NCBI GenBank assembly: GCA_032718475.1
Contig: JAUCBJ010001211.1
Location: 1-63,619, forward strand
Direction: 5' to 3'
Source: Nemertoderma westbladi
Lineage: Eukaryota > Animalia > Xenacoelomorpha
DNA length: 63,619 bases
The translations under genes were made by a program, and so were the position numbers. The notes beneath the pieces are model-generated. The model saw only the letters and a program-made list of their open reading frames with translations. It did no database searches and was not told the DNA's origin. The first letter of the stretch is position 1; every line of letters starts with the position of its first letter. Below are positions 38,593 through 60,291 of this stretch, piece by piece.

Positions 38593-40160
38593 CTGCCCTC
38601 CTAAGGCAAAACCATGTAACTCAAAAAATCGACGTTTGAGAAAAATCAACCTAAAGTTAACGAATCTGCACGAAAACATGTGAATGTCTGTGTGAACATT
38701 TTTAACACTAAAGTTTAGTCAAATAGTTTATTTAAATACCAGAAAGTCTTAGAGCTCCAAACTTAAGCTAGCTATTTAAAAAATGTATTTTATTTTGATT
38801 TTCGAGTTACATGGATTTACCTTACAATTTCTAAGGGGCCGTCCATAAATGACGTCACGCAGAGTAGGGGGGGAGGGGGTCAGAGATTTTGTGACGAATT
38901 GGGACAAGGGGGGGAGGGGGGGGGGTGTCGATTTTGTGATGTCACGAATCCGAATATTCTACCAGTTGTGCAAATCAATTATTTTGTACAGTACTTTTAC
39001 AGTAAAAAGTTTTAAAATCTGAATTATAAGCTGTCTCTCACCCTAGTTTCCACTTAACTACACTAAACTACTAAACGGTCCCTAAACTACTGGCTGACTG
39101 GTAGGTACTGGCCTAGGTAGATACCGGTATCAGTTTGAAAGGCTACCACTCTGCCACTATCTGACTATGGATAACAACAAACTATTTAAGAATTTCCATA
39201 TTCCAATATCACAATGTATACAGGGACTAAAATGTCCTGAACAATCTTCCGTCTCAACCCATAACTTTTCATCACTCTTTGTCAATCTAGCTTTGGGTAC
39301 GACCAGTTTGACGCTCCTACCTCGTCCTACAACCGCCTTCAAGGCTATTCCATACGATTTGTATTGTCCCTCAATAATATCAAAGCTTAGTGAACGCATC
39401 TGCGAAACGTGCAGCATTTATTTCGCATCGAAGGTTTTGTTAAAACAACATATTCATGTCCATGGAGGAGCGGAACACGACAACGCGGGCTTGGATGAAG
39501 AGAACAAAGAACAGGCAGATCCAGCCCTACTTCAAACCAACCGAGCGATATCCATTATATGTATCGAGGAACACTTCAACCACCCTTGGGAGGAAATTAC
39601 TATTTAGTATTAATTACTATTGCTAATTATATTTGATTGATTATTGCTATTGATAAAAAACTAATTAGTATAATTATTAATTACAGTATAATGCTAATAA
39701 TATTTTTTTCTGAGCGTGATGTGACACAGGGGAGGGGGGGGGGGGTGTCAACAATTTTGTGACGAATTGTGACTGAAGGGGGGGGGGGGGGTAAAAAATA
39801 GCCAAAAAATGCGTGACGTCATTTATGGACGGCCCCTAACCAGTTTAATTATAGTAAATTATATAAATTTCAACAGCTGTTCCTAAGCCAAAACAATGTA
39901 ACTCGCATGATATACATGGTGTACGCTTAGTTACATGGAGTGTCATTATCACATTAGGGTTACATGGTTCTGCCTTGGCATGCCTTAACAAATTCATATA
40001 ATGTAGTTACAGCATTCTACCCCATTTTTAAACCCTTTAGAGTTTAGATGCACTCTATTAAGTTCTACCACCAGATAGAGCTCGCCGTGAGCTTTAAAAT
40101 GACACCAATATCTCATTTTCGTCAAAATTCAAGTTACATGGGTCTGCCTTAGGACGGCAG
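38593..40160. mobile_element. Non-autonomous TIR element with 4-bp TSD (possibly Sola-type)
   Basis: TIR CTGCCCTCCTAAGGCAAAACCATGTAACT / AGTTACATGGGTCTGCCTTAGGACGGCAG; TSD CATT. Confidence 0.7.
38835..39836 (+). mobile_element. Internally deleted Zator-like DNA transposon
   Basis: TIR GGGGCCGTCCATAAATGACGTCACGC and TAA TSD. ORF 39167-39607 has PYDLYCPS..L..RIC..C..YFAS....H, resembling a Zator transposase C-terminus. Confidence 0.75.
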
Positions 40161-40400
40161 CATTCTACACCCCTCCCCCCCCACCCACCCTCCCCTTCTA
40201 TTTGGAAATAAAGACCTTTTATAAAAGTCTTTCTAAAAAACATTCTTAAAAATCAAATAATACATGAAACATAATTAGTGAAACAAGATTAATACTTGAC
40301 AAGATTGAGTATTTTAATAATAACATAATACAATATAATATTAACAATTAATGTAAGAGAAACTGCACTGCAGTTTCTCTGTGTACGCAGTTTCATTACA

Positions 40401-40438
40401 ATGACCTGAAGAAGCCCTGTTGGGAGAAAGCTTGTAAT
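40401..40438 (+). ncRNA. Degenerate minimal hammerhead ribozyme motif (Penelope-like remnant)
   Basis: AUGAC-CUGAAGA-AGCCC-UGUU-GGGA-GAAA-GCUU-GUAAU; mismatches in stems I and II. Confidence 0.45.
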
Positions 40439-41433
40439 AACTTTTGTTATTCATTTCATTAGTCATCTGAGGTCAACCCGTACTACCTTAACTGTTTAAT
40501 ATGATAATTACGGTGGCGAGAGCGCGAGAATTCCTTCTAAAAAAGAAGAAAGGCTTTCAACTTTCAAGTACGATAGAACGGCTACACTCTTGTGTTGTTT
40601 TTTTGTTTTAACTTAATAGAGATATTTAAAAAATCCCCTGCCCCTGGCGTTTATATTTGAGTTATTTGATTTATAAATGTTTGCCTGATATTCAATGTGT
40701 ACCGCCTTCTGGCAAAGCGGCACCCAGTTTAAGCTATCAATCACAGCTAGCGAGTAGAGACCCACGGACGGCGACCTTCAAAAAAACGTATGACAAAAAA
40801 CTATTACAAATACAGTATAAGCGCGCGAATACAGTAGATGTGGGAAGTTACCTAAAGTACTGTAGTTCTGTTGAGATCTATGCACAAAAAAACTATTACA
40901 AATAAACATGCGAATGCAGTAGATGTGAGGAGTTAGTGTATCTGGTTAAATGTACAAAATATATACAGTAGTTAATTAAATCAAGTAAGCTGCTTTATTG
41001 TTCTTCGGTGAGCAGTTTAGTTAATGTTAATTGATTTTGCGTCCCGTACAGAAGAAGGCAGGGTGTTCCAGACCTCTAGTGCGCGCACTTTGATTGATTG
41101 TCTAGCGATCTCCAGACGGGTGCGTGGTACCGTAAAGTTATTATTTGTTGCTGATCTCGTTCGGTGTTGATGCGTGGTTGATATCAGTGTGAGTAGAGAA
41201 GGGAATATATCTGATGGTAGTAGTTTCTTTATGTAACTGTAACTGAGTATTGCAGTGGGGTGAAATTTGTGTTGCCTTTCGATATGCCAATGTTACGACT
41301 GATTTTGATACGCTAATATTCACAATGATTTTTCCAGCTGAGGTATTCATCCATGTTGACCCAAAGAAATTTAATTACTTTCTGTCGCTCAATTTTGATT
41401 CCATTAATTTTTATTGTTGGTAGTGTGTTTATA

Positions 41434-43737
41434 CAGTCCAGCTCACCAACAGAGTGCCATCGGATCCGATCGGATCCAACACACTCCGACAGCTTCAAAC
41501 AAGCACAATGCTAACCTACGGAGATTTAGTACTGTTTGATTCTGTTGGAGAAAATATTTCCAACAAGTTTAGTCTGTTGGAGCCCATCTGAATCTGTCTG
41601 AAATCCGTCTGAAAGTGTTTGAAATTTCTGTTGGATGTTGTTGGAAGCTATCTGAAGTTGTTTGAAGTTGTCTGAAGCTGTTTGAAATTGTCTGAAACTG
41701 TTTGAAGTTGTCTGAAGATGTTTGACGCCATCGGAATTTGTTAGAATTTGCCAATGCCTTACAAAAGCGTAGTTCATTAACAAAATGTCAATCACTTTAA
41801 CTCTCAATTTGAAGTGATTGTGAGGGTGTGCTATTGTCAATTATAAACCGAAACAAAGATTTGTTTCATTTAACAATTTTTATTTACATAATTATGTCGT
41901 TAATTATATCAATTAATTAACTAGAATGCATAAACGAATAATAAATTCCTATAATATAAATTCCGATAAATGAATATAATAACACCAACACGTTTTTAAT
42001 TCCTTAATTTAATTAGAAATGTAAATAATGCTATAAATATATTAGTTTCTTTGACATAGGGCACTAAATACTGCACATAAACAGATATAAACACAAACAG
42101 ATTAAGCAAACAGTAAATATAATTACAATGAGTGAAAAAAATATTTTTGGTTAATTTTATTAGTTGTGTTGAAAGAGCATCGAAATAGAACAGGTTTGCA
42201 CGTAATACTTCTAGCCCAACTATTTTTTCGCGCACCTACCCTATTTGAGTAAATTACATTCACACACTCAAAAGTTATTGCAACTTTAGTCTCTGCAAGG
42301 CGAACTTCGAAACGGAACTCCATATCCAATATTGGTTTGTAGTTAAGCGGTTCCCTAGTTACGAAATAAATATTCGAGAACAATAAATTATTTAACATTG
42401 AGTAAGGCAGCATTTAGGCAGAATTTAGGAACAAACAAGTACCTATTTAAGAATAAAATTACGTATACATGGGAAAACTTATTTTGAATGTTATCACTAC
42501 CCTTTAGTAATGATGGGTCGAAAGTCCCCCCTAGCCCTTCACAAGGGAGGGTGGACGTAGGGACGGGGCCCTACGTTAGATAGAGAATTGGGAATGTAAA
42601 GGCCCTTGTTTTCACGTCACTGCCATGCCATATTATGATGTAATGTATATCCGCCATCTCTGAACTTGGGAGAAACGAAATTGCGACAACTATGGAGAAT
42701 CGGGAAGCCTGGAAGGATCTCATTTCCACTGTCCGAGTTCGCTCGACTTAGTAGTAGTAGTATATCCGCCATTGACGTACTGTTGTTATGTAAAAGGTAG
42801 ACCTAATCACACCAGATACTAATTAAAATAATGTCTTAATAACTAATTATATTCATTCATACAATAAGCAATGTAGCCAATTAAGGCTGTGATTGACAAA
42901 TTAACCGCACAATTAATTAATTGACAAAACAAAAATCAAACTAGTAGAGATCATATCCAAACCTGTATAAATATAAATAAACGCAACGATATAACTAACA
43001 CATGTACGTACACTATATTAACTGTAGAGGGGGATACTGTCCCTCCTGCGAAAAGCAAAATATATTTATCAGTATTTTAATTAATGTAACTTAAAGAAAT
43101 TGAGCCTTATTCGAAGAAATTCTACATGGGCATTTTGGACCTATACCGCCACTGCTTGGCTCTTTGGAAGTGTATTTCCGTAAAGCTCTATTGTATGGCT
43201 CTAGACCAACCCAAAGCAACATTAGTATGTGAACACAGAATTCCATTCCCCATTCATTTCAATGGTAGCCAACTTGTCTTTCTTGTATTGGGGGTAGACC
43301 ACTGGTTAGCTTTCTGCTATTGTGTTATTCAAAGATAGCGGCAGGAATAAAGAGAAATACCGACCTCACTAATGGGCTGTTCCTTCAGGTCGGCTTAAGT
43401 TACAGTGTGAATGTTCAAGGGCGCCGCCAGTGGCCAGTCCACTCTGTCGTTATTGTGGCTTTATGAATGGAGTTCCTTTAGTAGTTTCAAACGCTTTCAT
43501 TCTATCTGCGCGCAAGAAGATGGGAGTTGAGTTGGGGTTGCGGTTGAGTGTGGGTGGAGTGATTGACAGGTTGTTGGAAGTTGTCTGATTCTGTTTGAAA
43601 CTGTCTGAATCTGTTTGAAACTGTCTGAATCTGTTTGAAGTTGTTGGACTGTTGGAGTTTGTCTGAAAGTGTTTGAAGCTGTTGGATCCGATCGGTTCAG
43701 ATCGGATCCGATGGCACTCTGTTGGTGAGCTGGACTG
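41434..43737. mobile_element. Non-autonomous Tc1/mariner-type element
   Basis: ~38-bp TIR CAGTCCAGCTCACCAACAGAGTGCCATCGGATCCGATC, TA TSD, 10-bp subterminal repeats (GTTTGAAGTT/GTCTGAA). Confidence 0.8.
42658..42760 (+). mobile_element. Extremely 5'-truncated RTE-like 3' end
   Basis: 12-bp TSD TATATCCGCCAT, (GTA)n tail, encodes ...TMENREAWKDLISTVRVRST*. Confidence 0.75.
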
Positions 43738-46002
43738 TATTAGTAAGGTGTTTGTTTTGAGTTCGAAAAATGATAACGTTTGTTTTATTTATGTTCAGTG
43801 GTAGTCTGTTTAGTTGGAACCACCGTGTCAACTTGTCCAGCTCATTATTAATATCGGTAATCAGTGAATTTATGTCCGCACCAGATTTAAACAAATTAGT
43901 ATCGTCGGCGTACAGTATAAATTTAAAGTGTTTGGATACGGTAGTTAGATCGTTACAGTAGATTATAAATAAGAGTGGGCTCAGTAGCGACCCTTGTTGC
44001 AATCCTATTACAATTGTGGCGATGAAGTTTGATTTAGCTGTACCTATAGTCACATATTGCACTCGATCTGTAAGGTAGCTAGTAATACAGACAAGGGCAA
44101 CATCAGTGATCCCATAGCGTTGTAATTTTTGTATCAGTATTTGGTCGTTTACTGTGTCGAAGGCTTTAGATAAATCCAAAGATACACCAACACAGTATTC
44201 ACCTTTGTCTAATGCAGTAATGCTTCTGTGATGTTTTCCAGTAAAGTGAGTAGGAGTTACCAATGTGGGAGAGAGGGTAATTTGGGCTTTTTACGTATCA
44301 GTTGATTGATGTGACCCCAGAGGGATCGGGCATTTTGTTTCTTGAAGTCATGTACCGTACTGTAATTTGTCTTCTTTGCTGTTCTTAGTAAGCTGTTCAG
44401 TGCATTTTGGTAGCGTCTGAATGATGCCTGTTTATCAGGGGTGTATTATTATATTATAACAGTGATATATTATAAATGATAAAGCCTGAAGTTAGGTTCA
44501 ACAAATGGTAGCAGAGCGTGTAAAAAGATTGCCCAGAAATAAAAATCAGTCAACATTTCTCTGTCAGGAACCTGCTACAGTCTACCTACACACTACGCCT
44601 CCCATACCGGGTACCGATAGTGGCAGTGGTGGTTTGCAGCCAGGCGCCTACCGCTCGGTACTGATGATAATCTATCTTGCTGCAACAGACCGAATTTTGT
44701 TTAATTTGAATCCGAAACCGAAAGTAAATAATTGTTTAATTTACGTACCGACAGACCGATATATACTGACTGACTGACTGACTGATATAACAGTGTAATT
44801 TGCACAGCAACACTGTGCCCAAGGACTACTAGACAGCTAGAAAACTGTACAGTGTACATTGACTTGACAGCTTGTGCCTTACAGCCTTAAGCTGTAATCC
44901 TTACAAGTTTTGTAACTTTACAGGACAGCTACACAGTAACAGTACAGCAGTAGGTACCGGTATATTCTTATCTTAATCGTTGTGTTTATTTATCTATTGC
45001 GGGCTATGTTTATATTTTACTTCGTTTGTCAAATAAATAATTCCTAAATAATTAGCCTATGCTACTACCAGACTACTATAGCTGTTGCTGTTACTGAATA
45101 CCGGTCAGCCGGTATGCACACTCCAGCACTCAGACCAGCTGACAATCAGACACTATCAGACTTCCTGGACTATGTCAGTAGGCCCTATCCCTATGCACTA
45201 TGTCTGTCTAGCTAGAGCAGTACTGCAGTCAGGCAGTAGAAATGTCTGACTGTGGAATGCAGGAATGCTAGAACAGTAGAATGTCTACTATCTGACTATA
45301 GCTGATGCTGATACCGGTACCTGATAGCAGCTGTATTGTAGCATATATCAGTAGGCCTATATATAATAGTGCTGTCAGGCTGTAGTGCTATAGCTGTATA
45401 GTGCATAGTGTGAGTGTCTGCAGTCCAGTCAGGAGTCAGAAAAATCAAACAGTAGGCCTAGCAGCCTAGGCTACCGCGCTACCGGTCACAGTATTCCGGT
45501 CAGGCGCGTACTGCCACTATGCACTACTGCACTAGTACGGTATGTCTCTGTTAGTTGAAACAAAATTTGAACATAATTGAAACATATTAGGAGCCACGTA
45601 ATGGTGTCCTACCTGCAATGCTATGTATCCATGTATGCCAGTTAAACAAATTTGAAATAGGCCTAAATTAGGCTGTTAGGAGGGCCGTAATGATAGTCTA
45701 CCGGAGAATTGGAACAATGATGGGCTACGGAGCTCAATATATTGGAACAATGTTAAGTATGCCAGTGAAACAAATTTGAAACAAATCTGCAAATTAGGAG
45801 AGCCGTAATGATAGCCTACCGGAAGAATTGGAACAATGATGGGCTACGGAGCTGCCTGGGTTGTTTGGCTGAACGCTGAACCAGTAGTGGTGGCACGGAT
45901 GAGGGGGTAAGACTGTAAGAAAAGGGGGAAGGATCTAAAAATAGCACCCAATCTGCCAATAGGAAGCTTCTAGCTTCTTGCATTGCTACGGCTACCGCCT
46001 AC

Positions 46003-46776
46003 TAGGGCTCGATCGGAGTTGGGATTTGGCCGGAGCCGGAGCAGGAGCCGGAGTTGGACAATTTGGCCGGAGCCGGAGCAGGAGCCGGAGTTTTTCAAAA
46101 ATTTTAAAAATTTAATTATTTATTTAAAATAAAGTATGGCTGTATGGTTATCGTTCGCCAATCGCTCATAATCAATCATACTGCTGTACTGTAGCTCTAA
46201 TTAATTTCATAATTTATAGATTTACGAATTTTCAATTTAAAATTTAAGTAATTAATTTATCACGGACAGACGGCCTGATGCTGACGGCTAAAAATTACCT
46301 ACAGTACCTAACTCACTAGGCCTAACTGTCTAACTGTGGTAGAGGTGTGTACTGTGTAGGTAGCCTACCGCTGTACCGTACGTGTCGTGTACCAGTACTG
46401 CAGTACATCTATGCTGGCATGACAGTCAGTAAATGGCTGCAGTGGTACAGTGTACAATCATAGCATTTACAACAATTTTTTACAGTAGTGCCTATCTGTA
46501 ACAGTCTGCTAGTCAGCCAGCTGGCCAGTACCAGTACTGCAGTACAGTCAGTCAGTCATTGACTACATAATTACTGCAGTATTATGCTTGATATTGAAGC
46601 TGTGTACTACCTGACTACAGTACTTATAGTGTAAATAATTGTTCAGATTAGAATATGCACGAAATATAATACTTTATTAAAAAATTAACTCCGGCAATAT
46701 TTTTACCGGAGCCGGAGCAGGAGCCGGAGGTGCCAAAATGGCCGGAGCCGGAGGCCGGAGCTCCGATCGAGCCCTA
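46003..46776. mobile_element. hAT-type MITE
   Basis: TIR TAGGGCTCGATCGGAG / CTCCGATCGAGCCCTA; 8-bp TSD CCGCCTAC; CCGGAG subterminal repeats. Confidence 0.9.
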
Positions 46777-47139
46777 CCGCCTACCGGTACCTTGCTTGGC
46801 CTCTATAACCCTTATTTTCGCATGCAAATAAAAACGCGTTTTTGTGCAGTGATGTTTACGATATTATAATTAAACTAACTGCACTAACTATCTCACATTT
46901 ATTTAATAATATATGGTAAAAAAAAGCAACCAACCTATTAATTACAATAATTTACAATAGTTATCGAATGTTCTAGGATGTAAATACTTAGCATTATTTT
47001 ATAGGAAACGATTATCAAAAAACGGTTCTTGTAAAAAACGGTTTGGGCGAAAACTGTCCCTGCTTTCCGTTTTTGCAAATTTCTGGTACGGCATGATTGC
47101 TCCGAGAATGTTTGCCGTGGAGTCTGAACAAGGTAGAAA

Positions 47140-49310
47140 AAGTAGGGGTGGGTGTGTTTGTTAGGTACGGGCGGTCGGTGCGGGTAAATGGGTGTGGGAG
47201 GGTGGGTAGGCTGGTAGGGGTAGGTGAGGTTGGGTGCGGTTAAGTAGACGTGCTTGCTTAGTTTGGTGTGTGGGTGCGGTTAAGTAGACTTGCTTATGTA
47301 GGTGGGTGGGTGCGGTTAAGTAGATGTGCTTAGGAGGGTGGGTGGGTGCAGTTAAGTAGGTGTGCTTAGGTGGGTGGGTGGGTGCGGTTAAGTCGATGTG
47401 CGTAGGAGGGTGGGTGGGTGCGAGCAGTTAAGTAGGTGTGCTTAGGTGGGTGGGTGGGTGTGGCTAAGTCGATGTGCTTAGGTGGGTGGGTGCGGTTAGG
47501 TACACGTGGGTGGGTGGGTGCGGTTAAGTAGACGTGCTTAGGTGGGTGGGTGGGTGCGGGTAAGTAGACCCGTGCTTAGACAGTTAGATGTGTGGGTGGG
47601 TGTGGTTATGTCGATGTGCTTAGGAGGGTGGGTGGGCGGGTGCGGTTAAGTAGGTGGGTGGGTGGGTGCGGTTAAGTCGATGTGCTTAGGTGGGTGGGTG
47701 GGTGTGGTTAAGTACACGTGCTTAGGTGGGTGGGTGCGATTAAGTACACATGCTTAGGTGGGTGGGTGGGTGCGGTTAAGTCGATGTGCTTAGGTGTGTG
47801 CGGTTCACTAGGTGTGCTTAGGTAGCAGGTAGGTGGGTGGGTGCGGGTAAGCCGGTAAGTATACCTACTTACAGACTTAGGTCATAGGTGGGTGGGTGCG
47901 GTTAAGTCGATGTGCTTAGATGGGTTCGGTTAACTAGGTGTGCTTAGGTAGGTGGGTGTGTGCGGGTAAGTATACGTGCTTAGGTGGGTGGGTGGGTGTG
48001 GTTAAGTACACGTGCTTAGGTGTGTGGGTGGGAGCGGTTAAGTAGGTGTGCTTAGGTGGGTGGGTGGGTGTGGTTAATTAGACGTGCTTAGGTGGGTGCA
48101 GTTAACTAGGTGGGCTTAGGTAGGTGGGTGGGTGCGGGTAAGTATACATGCTTAGGTGGGTGGGTGGGAGCGGGTAAGTAGACTTGCTTAAGTAGGTGGG
48201 TGGGTGCGAGTAAGTAGACATGCTTAGGCGGGTGGGTGCGGTTAAGTAGACGTGATTGGGTGGGCTGGTGGGTGCGGTTAAGTAGACGTTCTTAGGAGGG
48301 TGGGTGGGTGGGTGCGGTTAAGTAGGTGTGCTTAGGTGGATGGGTGGGTGTGGTTAAGTAGACGTGCTTAGGTGGGTGCGGTTAACTAGGTGTGCTTAGG
48401 TAAGTGGGTGCGTGCGGGTAAGTATACTGCTTAGGTGGGTGGGTGGGAGCGGGTAAGTAGACGTGCTTAAGTAGGTGGGTGGGTGCGAGTAAGTAGACAT
48501 GCTTAGGTGGGTGGGTGCGGGTAAGTATACGTGCTTAGGTGGGTGGGTGTGGTTAAGTACACGTGCTTAGGTGTGTGGGTGGGTGCGGTTGTTAAGTTGA
48601 TGTGCTTAGATGGGTTCGGTTAACTAGGTGTGCTTAGGTAGGTGGGTGGGTGTGGGTAACTATACGTGCTTAGGTGGATGGGTGGGTGCGGTTAAGTAGA
48701 TGTGCTTAGGTGTGTGGGTGGGAGCGGTGAAGTAGGTGTGCTTAGGTGGGTGGGTGCGTGTGGTTAATTAGACGTGCTTAGGTGGGTGCGGTTAACTTGG
48801 TGTGCTTAGGTAGGTGGGTGGGCGCGGGTAAGTATACGTGCTTAGGTGGGTGGGTGGGAGCGGGTAAGTAGACGTGCTTAAGTAGGTGGGAGGGTGCGAG
48901 TAAGTAGACATGCTTAGGCGGGTGGGTGCGGTTAAGTAGACGTGCTTGGGTGGGTGCGGTTAAGTAGACGTGCTTAGGAGGGTGGGTGGGTGTGTGCGCT
49001 TAAGTAGGTGTGCTTAGGTGGGTGGGTGGGTGTGGTTAATTAGACGTGCTTAGGTGGGTGCGGTTAACTAGGTGTGCTTAGGTAGGTGGGTGGGTGCGGG
49101 TAAGTATACGTGCTTTGCTTAGGTGGGTGGATGGGAGCGGGTAAGTAGACGTGCTTAAGTAGGTGGGTGGGTGCGAGTAAGTAAACAAACATGCTTAGGC
49201 GGGTGGGTGCGGTTAAGTAGACATGCTTGGGTGGGTGCGGTTAAGTAGACGTGCTTGCGGTTAAGTAGGTGTGCTTAGGTGGGTGGGTGGATGCAGTTAA
49301 GTCGTGCTTA
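47140..49310. repeat. G-rich minisatellite, ~28-36 bp unit GGTGGGTGGGTGCGGTTAAGTAGACGTGCTTA; resumes briefly at ~50100-50170
   Basis: Dozens of diverged units with variable (GGGT)n. Confidence 0.95.
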
Positions 49311-50100
49311 GCCTAAGCTATTTTTTCCTTCTAACAGTGCAAAATGAAAAAAGAAACGAGAGCAAAACTCAAAGTGAGTGAAATTTTTTCATTCTACATA
49401 TGTAACAGTGCAAAATGAAAGAGAAACGCGAGAAAAACTCAAAGTGTTCGAAATTTTTTCATTCTAAAAGCTGAACAGTGCAAAATGATAAGATAAAGAA
49501 ACGCGAGCAAAACACAAAGTGAGCGAAATTTTTTCCTTCTAACAGTGCAAAATGAAAAAAGAAACGAGAGCAAAACTCAAAGTGAGTGAAATTTTTTCAT
49601 TCTACATATGTAACAGTGCAAAATGAAAAAGAAACGCGAGCAAAACTCAAAGTGTTCGAAATTTTTTCATTCGAACAGCTGAACAGTGCAAAATGATAAG
49701 ATAAAGAAACGCGAGCAAAACTCAAAGTGACAGAGTGAGCGAATTTTTTTCCTTCTAACAGTGCAAAATGAAAAAGAAACGAGAGCAAAACTCAAAGTGA
49801 GCTGGTGAGTGAAATTTTTTCATTCTACATGTAACAGTGCAAAATGAAAAAGAAACGCGAGCAAAACTCAAAGTGTTCGAAAGTTTTTCATTCTAACAGC
49901 TGAACAGTGCAAAATGAAAAAGAAACGCGACTACCAGTCTGCTTTATATTATTTCCAGCGTTAATCTGTTAATTGTAAAATTTTATGAAAAACCATAAAA
50001 AACCATTAAAAACCAATTTTTTCGCCTTTTTTTAAAAGTTGGTTAAACCAAAAAACCATAAAAAACCAATGGTGAGAAAAACCATTGGTTGCCAACCCTG
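49311..50100. repeat. Truncated TIR-element end with ~57-65 bp tandem repeats (AACAGTGCAAAATGAAAAAGAAACGCGAGCAAAACTCAAAGTG)
   Basis: About 10 units followed by AAAAACCA motifs and terminal TTGCCAACCCTG (hAT-like end); sits inside the G-rich minisatellite. Confidence 0.7.
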
Positions 50101-51048
50101 TGCTTAGGTGGGTGGGAGGATACGTGTAAGTAGGTATGTAGGAATGGGTATGTGTGGTTAAGTACAGTAGGAGTAGATGTGTGACTAATACTATGTGGGT
50201 GGCTGGGGGGTAAGTTTAGCAACTATTTAGTAGTATTACCGGTACCACTTCTCAATAAGGTAGACAGCTGTATGTTTACAGTATAGAACGGTCGTAAAAT
50301 AGAGGCGTCCCATTGCTGCATTGGATGCTATTTATATATCCATACCCCTTTTCTTTCCCCCCGCTTCCCCCTTTTCTTACGCGCTCTTACCCCCAGCACA
50401 GAGAAGATCTTCCCCCAGCTCGCGCGCGTAGGCCTACCGGTAGTCCTCTCCTCTCCGTTCCTGCCTTTCTGACCTTGCCAGCTTAATGCCTACTACATTG
50501 CTGAGTGGAATCTTAATTTACTTTACAGATTTCAGATTTAGTCATTGGCTGATTGGTCGCTTGTCGACGTCGGTTATATCTCCTGCTCTCAGTATCAGTC
50601 TGTCAGTGTCAGTAAGGCAGGCTATGGTCGTTTACAGCTGTACTCGTTTAGCTGTTAGCAGTTTACCGGTACGGTAGTACGGTAGGGTAGGCCTAGTACT
50701 TCATTTTCAATGAGCTGACAGGCTGATCAGTCAATGCTTACCAGGTTGTAGATTTAAAATTTGCTTTCATTGTTCGTTAGCTTTGCCAGTTTGCTTAGCA
50801 TTAGCATCCAACAGTCCAATCCCAGAATACAGACATAAATTTTTGTGCTCTGGTCCTGCAGTCCTGTGACTGGCTGGCAGCTGGTAATTGTCTTCATTTC
50901 ATTCCAATCCAACCAACAACTGACTGACTGGCTGACCGAGCAAAGCGCAAAGCAACCGTCGGAACATAATTCTGTCATTGTCCGGGTAGAATATTATCGC
51001 GCTGTGAAACGTGAATATATCGTTATCAATTCATAAGACTGTAAGAAA

Positions 51049-59343
<8,295 letters not shown>

Positions 59344-60217
59344 ACCTTGTGAGAGTAACTAATTCCTGTTTGAGGTGTGAGTGTTTCACTCACCAGTGTG
59401 AACCCTTTAATAAACCCCCCAAGTGCGCGTATAATATTCCATGCATCATTAATAGAGAGGCGATAATTACTCTCCAGAGAACAGCCAATAGTATCATCGG
59501 AAAATTATGTGCGATTTACCGAATTGCACTTATATTATCAATCATAAATTTACGCAGTAATAATTGCGTTTATATATTTAATTAATATTAATTATCATAC
59601 TAATCGTCATGATAACATATAAATATTCCATTATATTTATTCATTATTAATTGGTGACGCCTTATCGGCTTATAATTGAAGGTCTTTGAATCGTAAGCTG
59701 TTTGTAGATGAATGTCGTTGTTTTCAACATCTTAATTTACTTAGGTCGATTTAAACTTTCCCTAATGGTTTGGGAATAACTTATTTCCCTTCTCTCTCTC
59801 TCTCACATATTTACGTTTTCTGTTAATGGTTCCTATACAGTAGTAAGTAAGCAGTTACTATAAACAATAGATTAGAAAATTATTTCAATTTTATTTAGGT
59901 CTACATGCCTTAAATGTCAAATTAACATTCTAAGATAGATGAGTCCGTTTGATTGTATGACCTAATTATGTTTTTTTTTAGTTTTTATGTCCATCAAAAT
60001 ATCTTATCGCTCACTCAATTTGGCTTCTAAATTATATATCTAGATGCGATAAATTGTTACATCGGTGAAATTGTTAAAAATGTTAATGAAACTGTGTGCC
60101 AAAGGGGTTAACTGCAACTCAATGGGTGCGATTCTTACCTTAGTGCATGTTTGTTAGGTGAACTAAACGCTTATTGACATTCCTCGCATGAATGATGGAA
60201 TTTAATTTAAACTCTTA

Positions 60218-60291
60218 CGCCCGGTTCTCGGAGCGGTGAGAACGCAAATCCACCGTCGTGCTCACCGCGAAGTGATACTATGAACCGGGCG
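60218..60291. repeat. Short GC-rich hairpin / MITE remnant downstream of Rab11
   Basis: CGCCCGGTTC..GCGGTGAG / CTCACCGC..GAACCGGGCG inverted arms. Confidence 0.6.

Larger units (their letters stand above)
41250..44230 (-). mobile_element. Decayed L2/CR1-group LINE RT fragment split by a MITE
   Basis: LDLSKAFDTV, QGSLLSPLLFIIYCNDL, LYADDTNL, WFQLNRL.LNINKT (43740-44230), continuing with IKINGIKIER..IKFL...LSWKNH (41250-41433). Confidence 0.85.

Noticed and set aside
43340-43400. Minus-strand GACCTGAAGGA..GGTC hammerhead-like sequence
   Set aside because: No GAAA core and no stem II; at most a deleted remnant.
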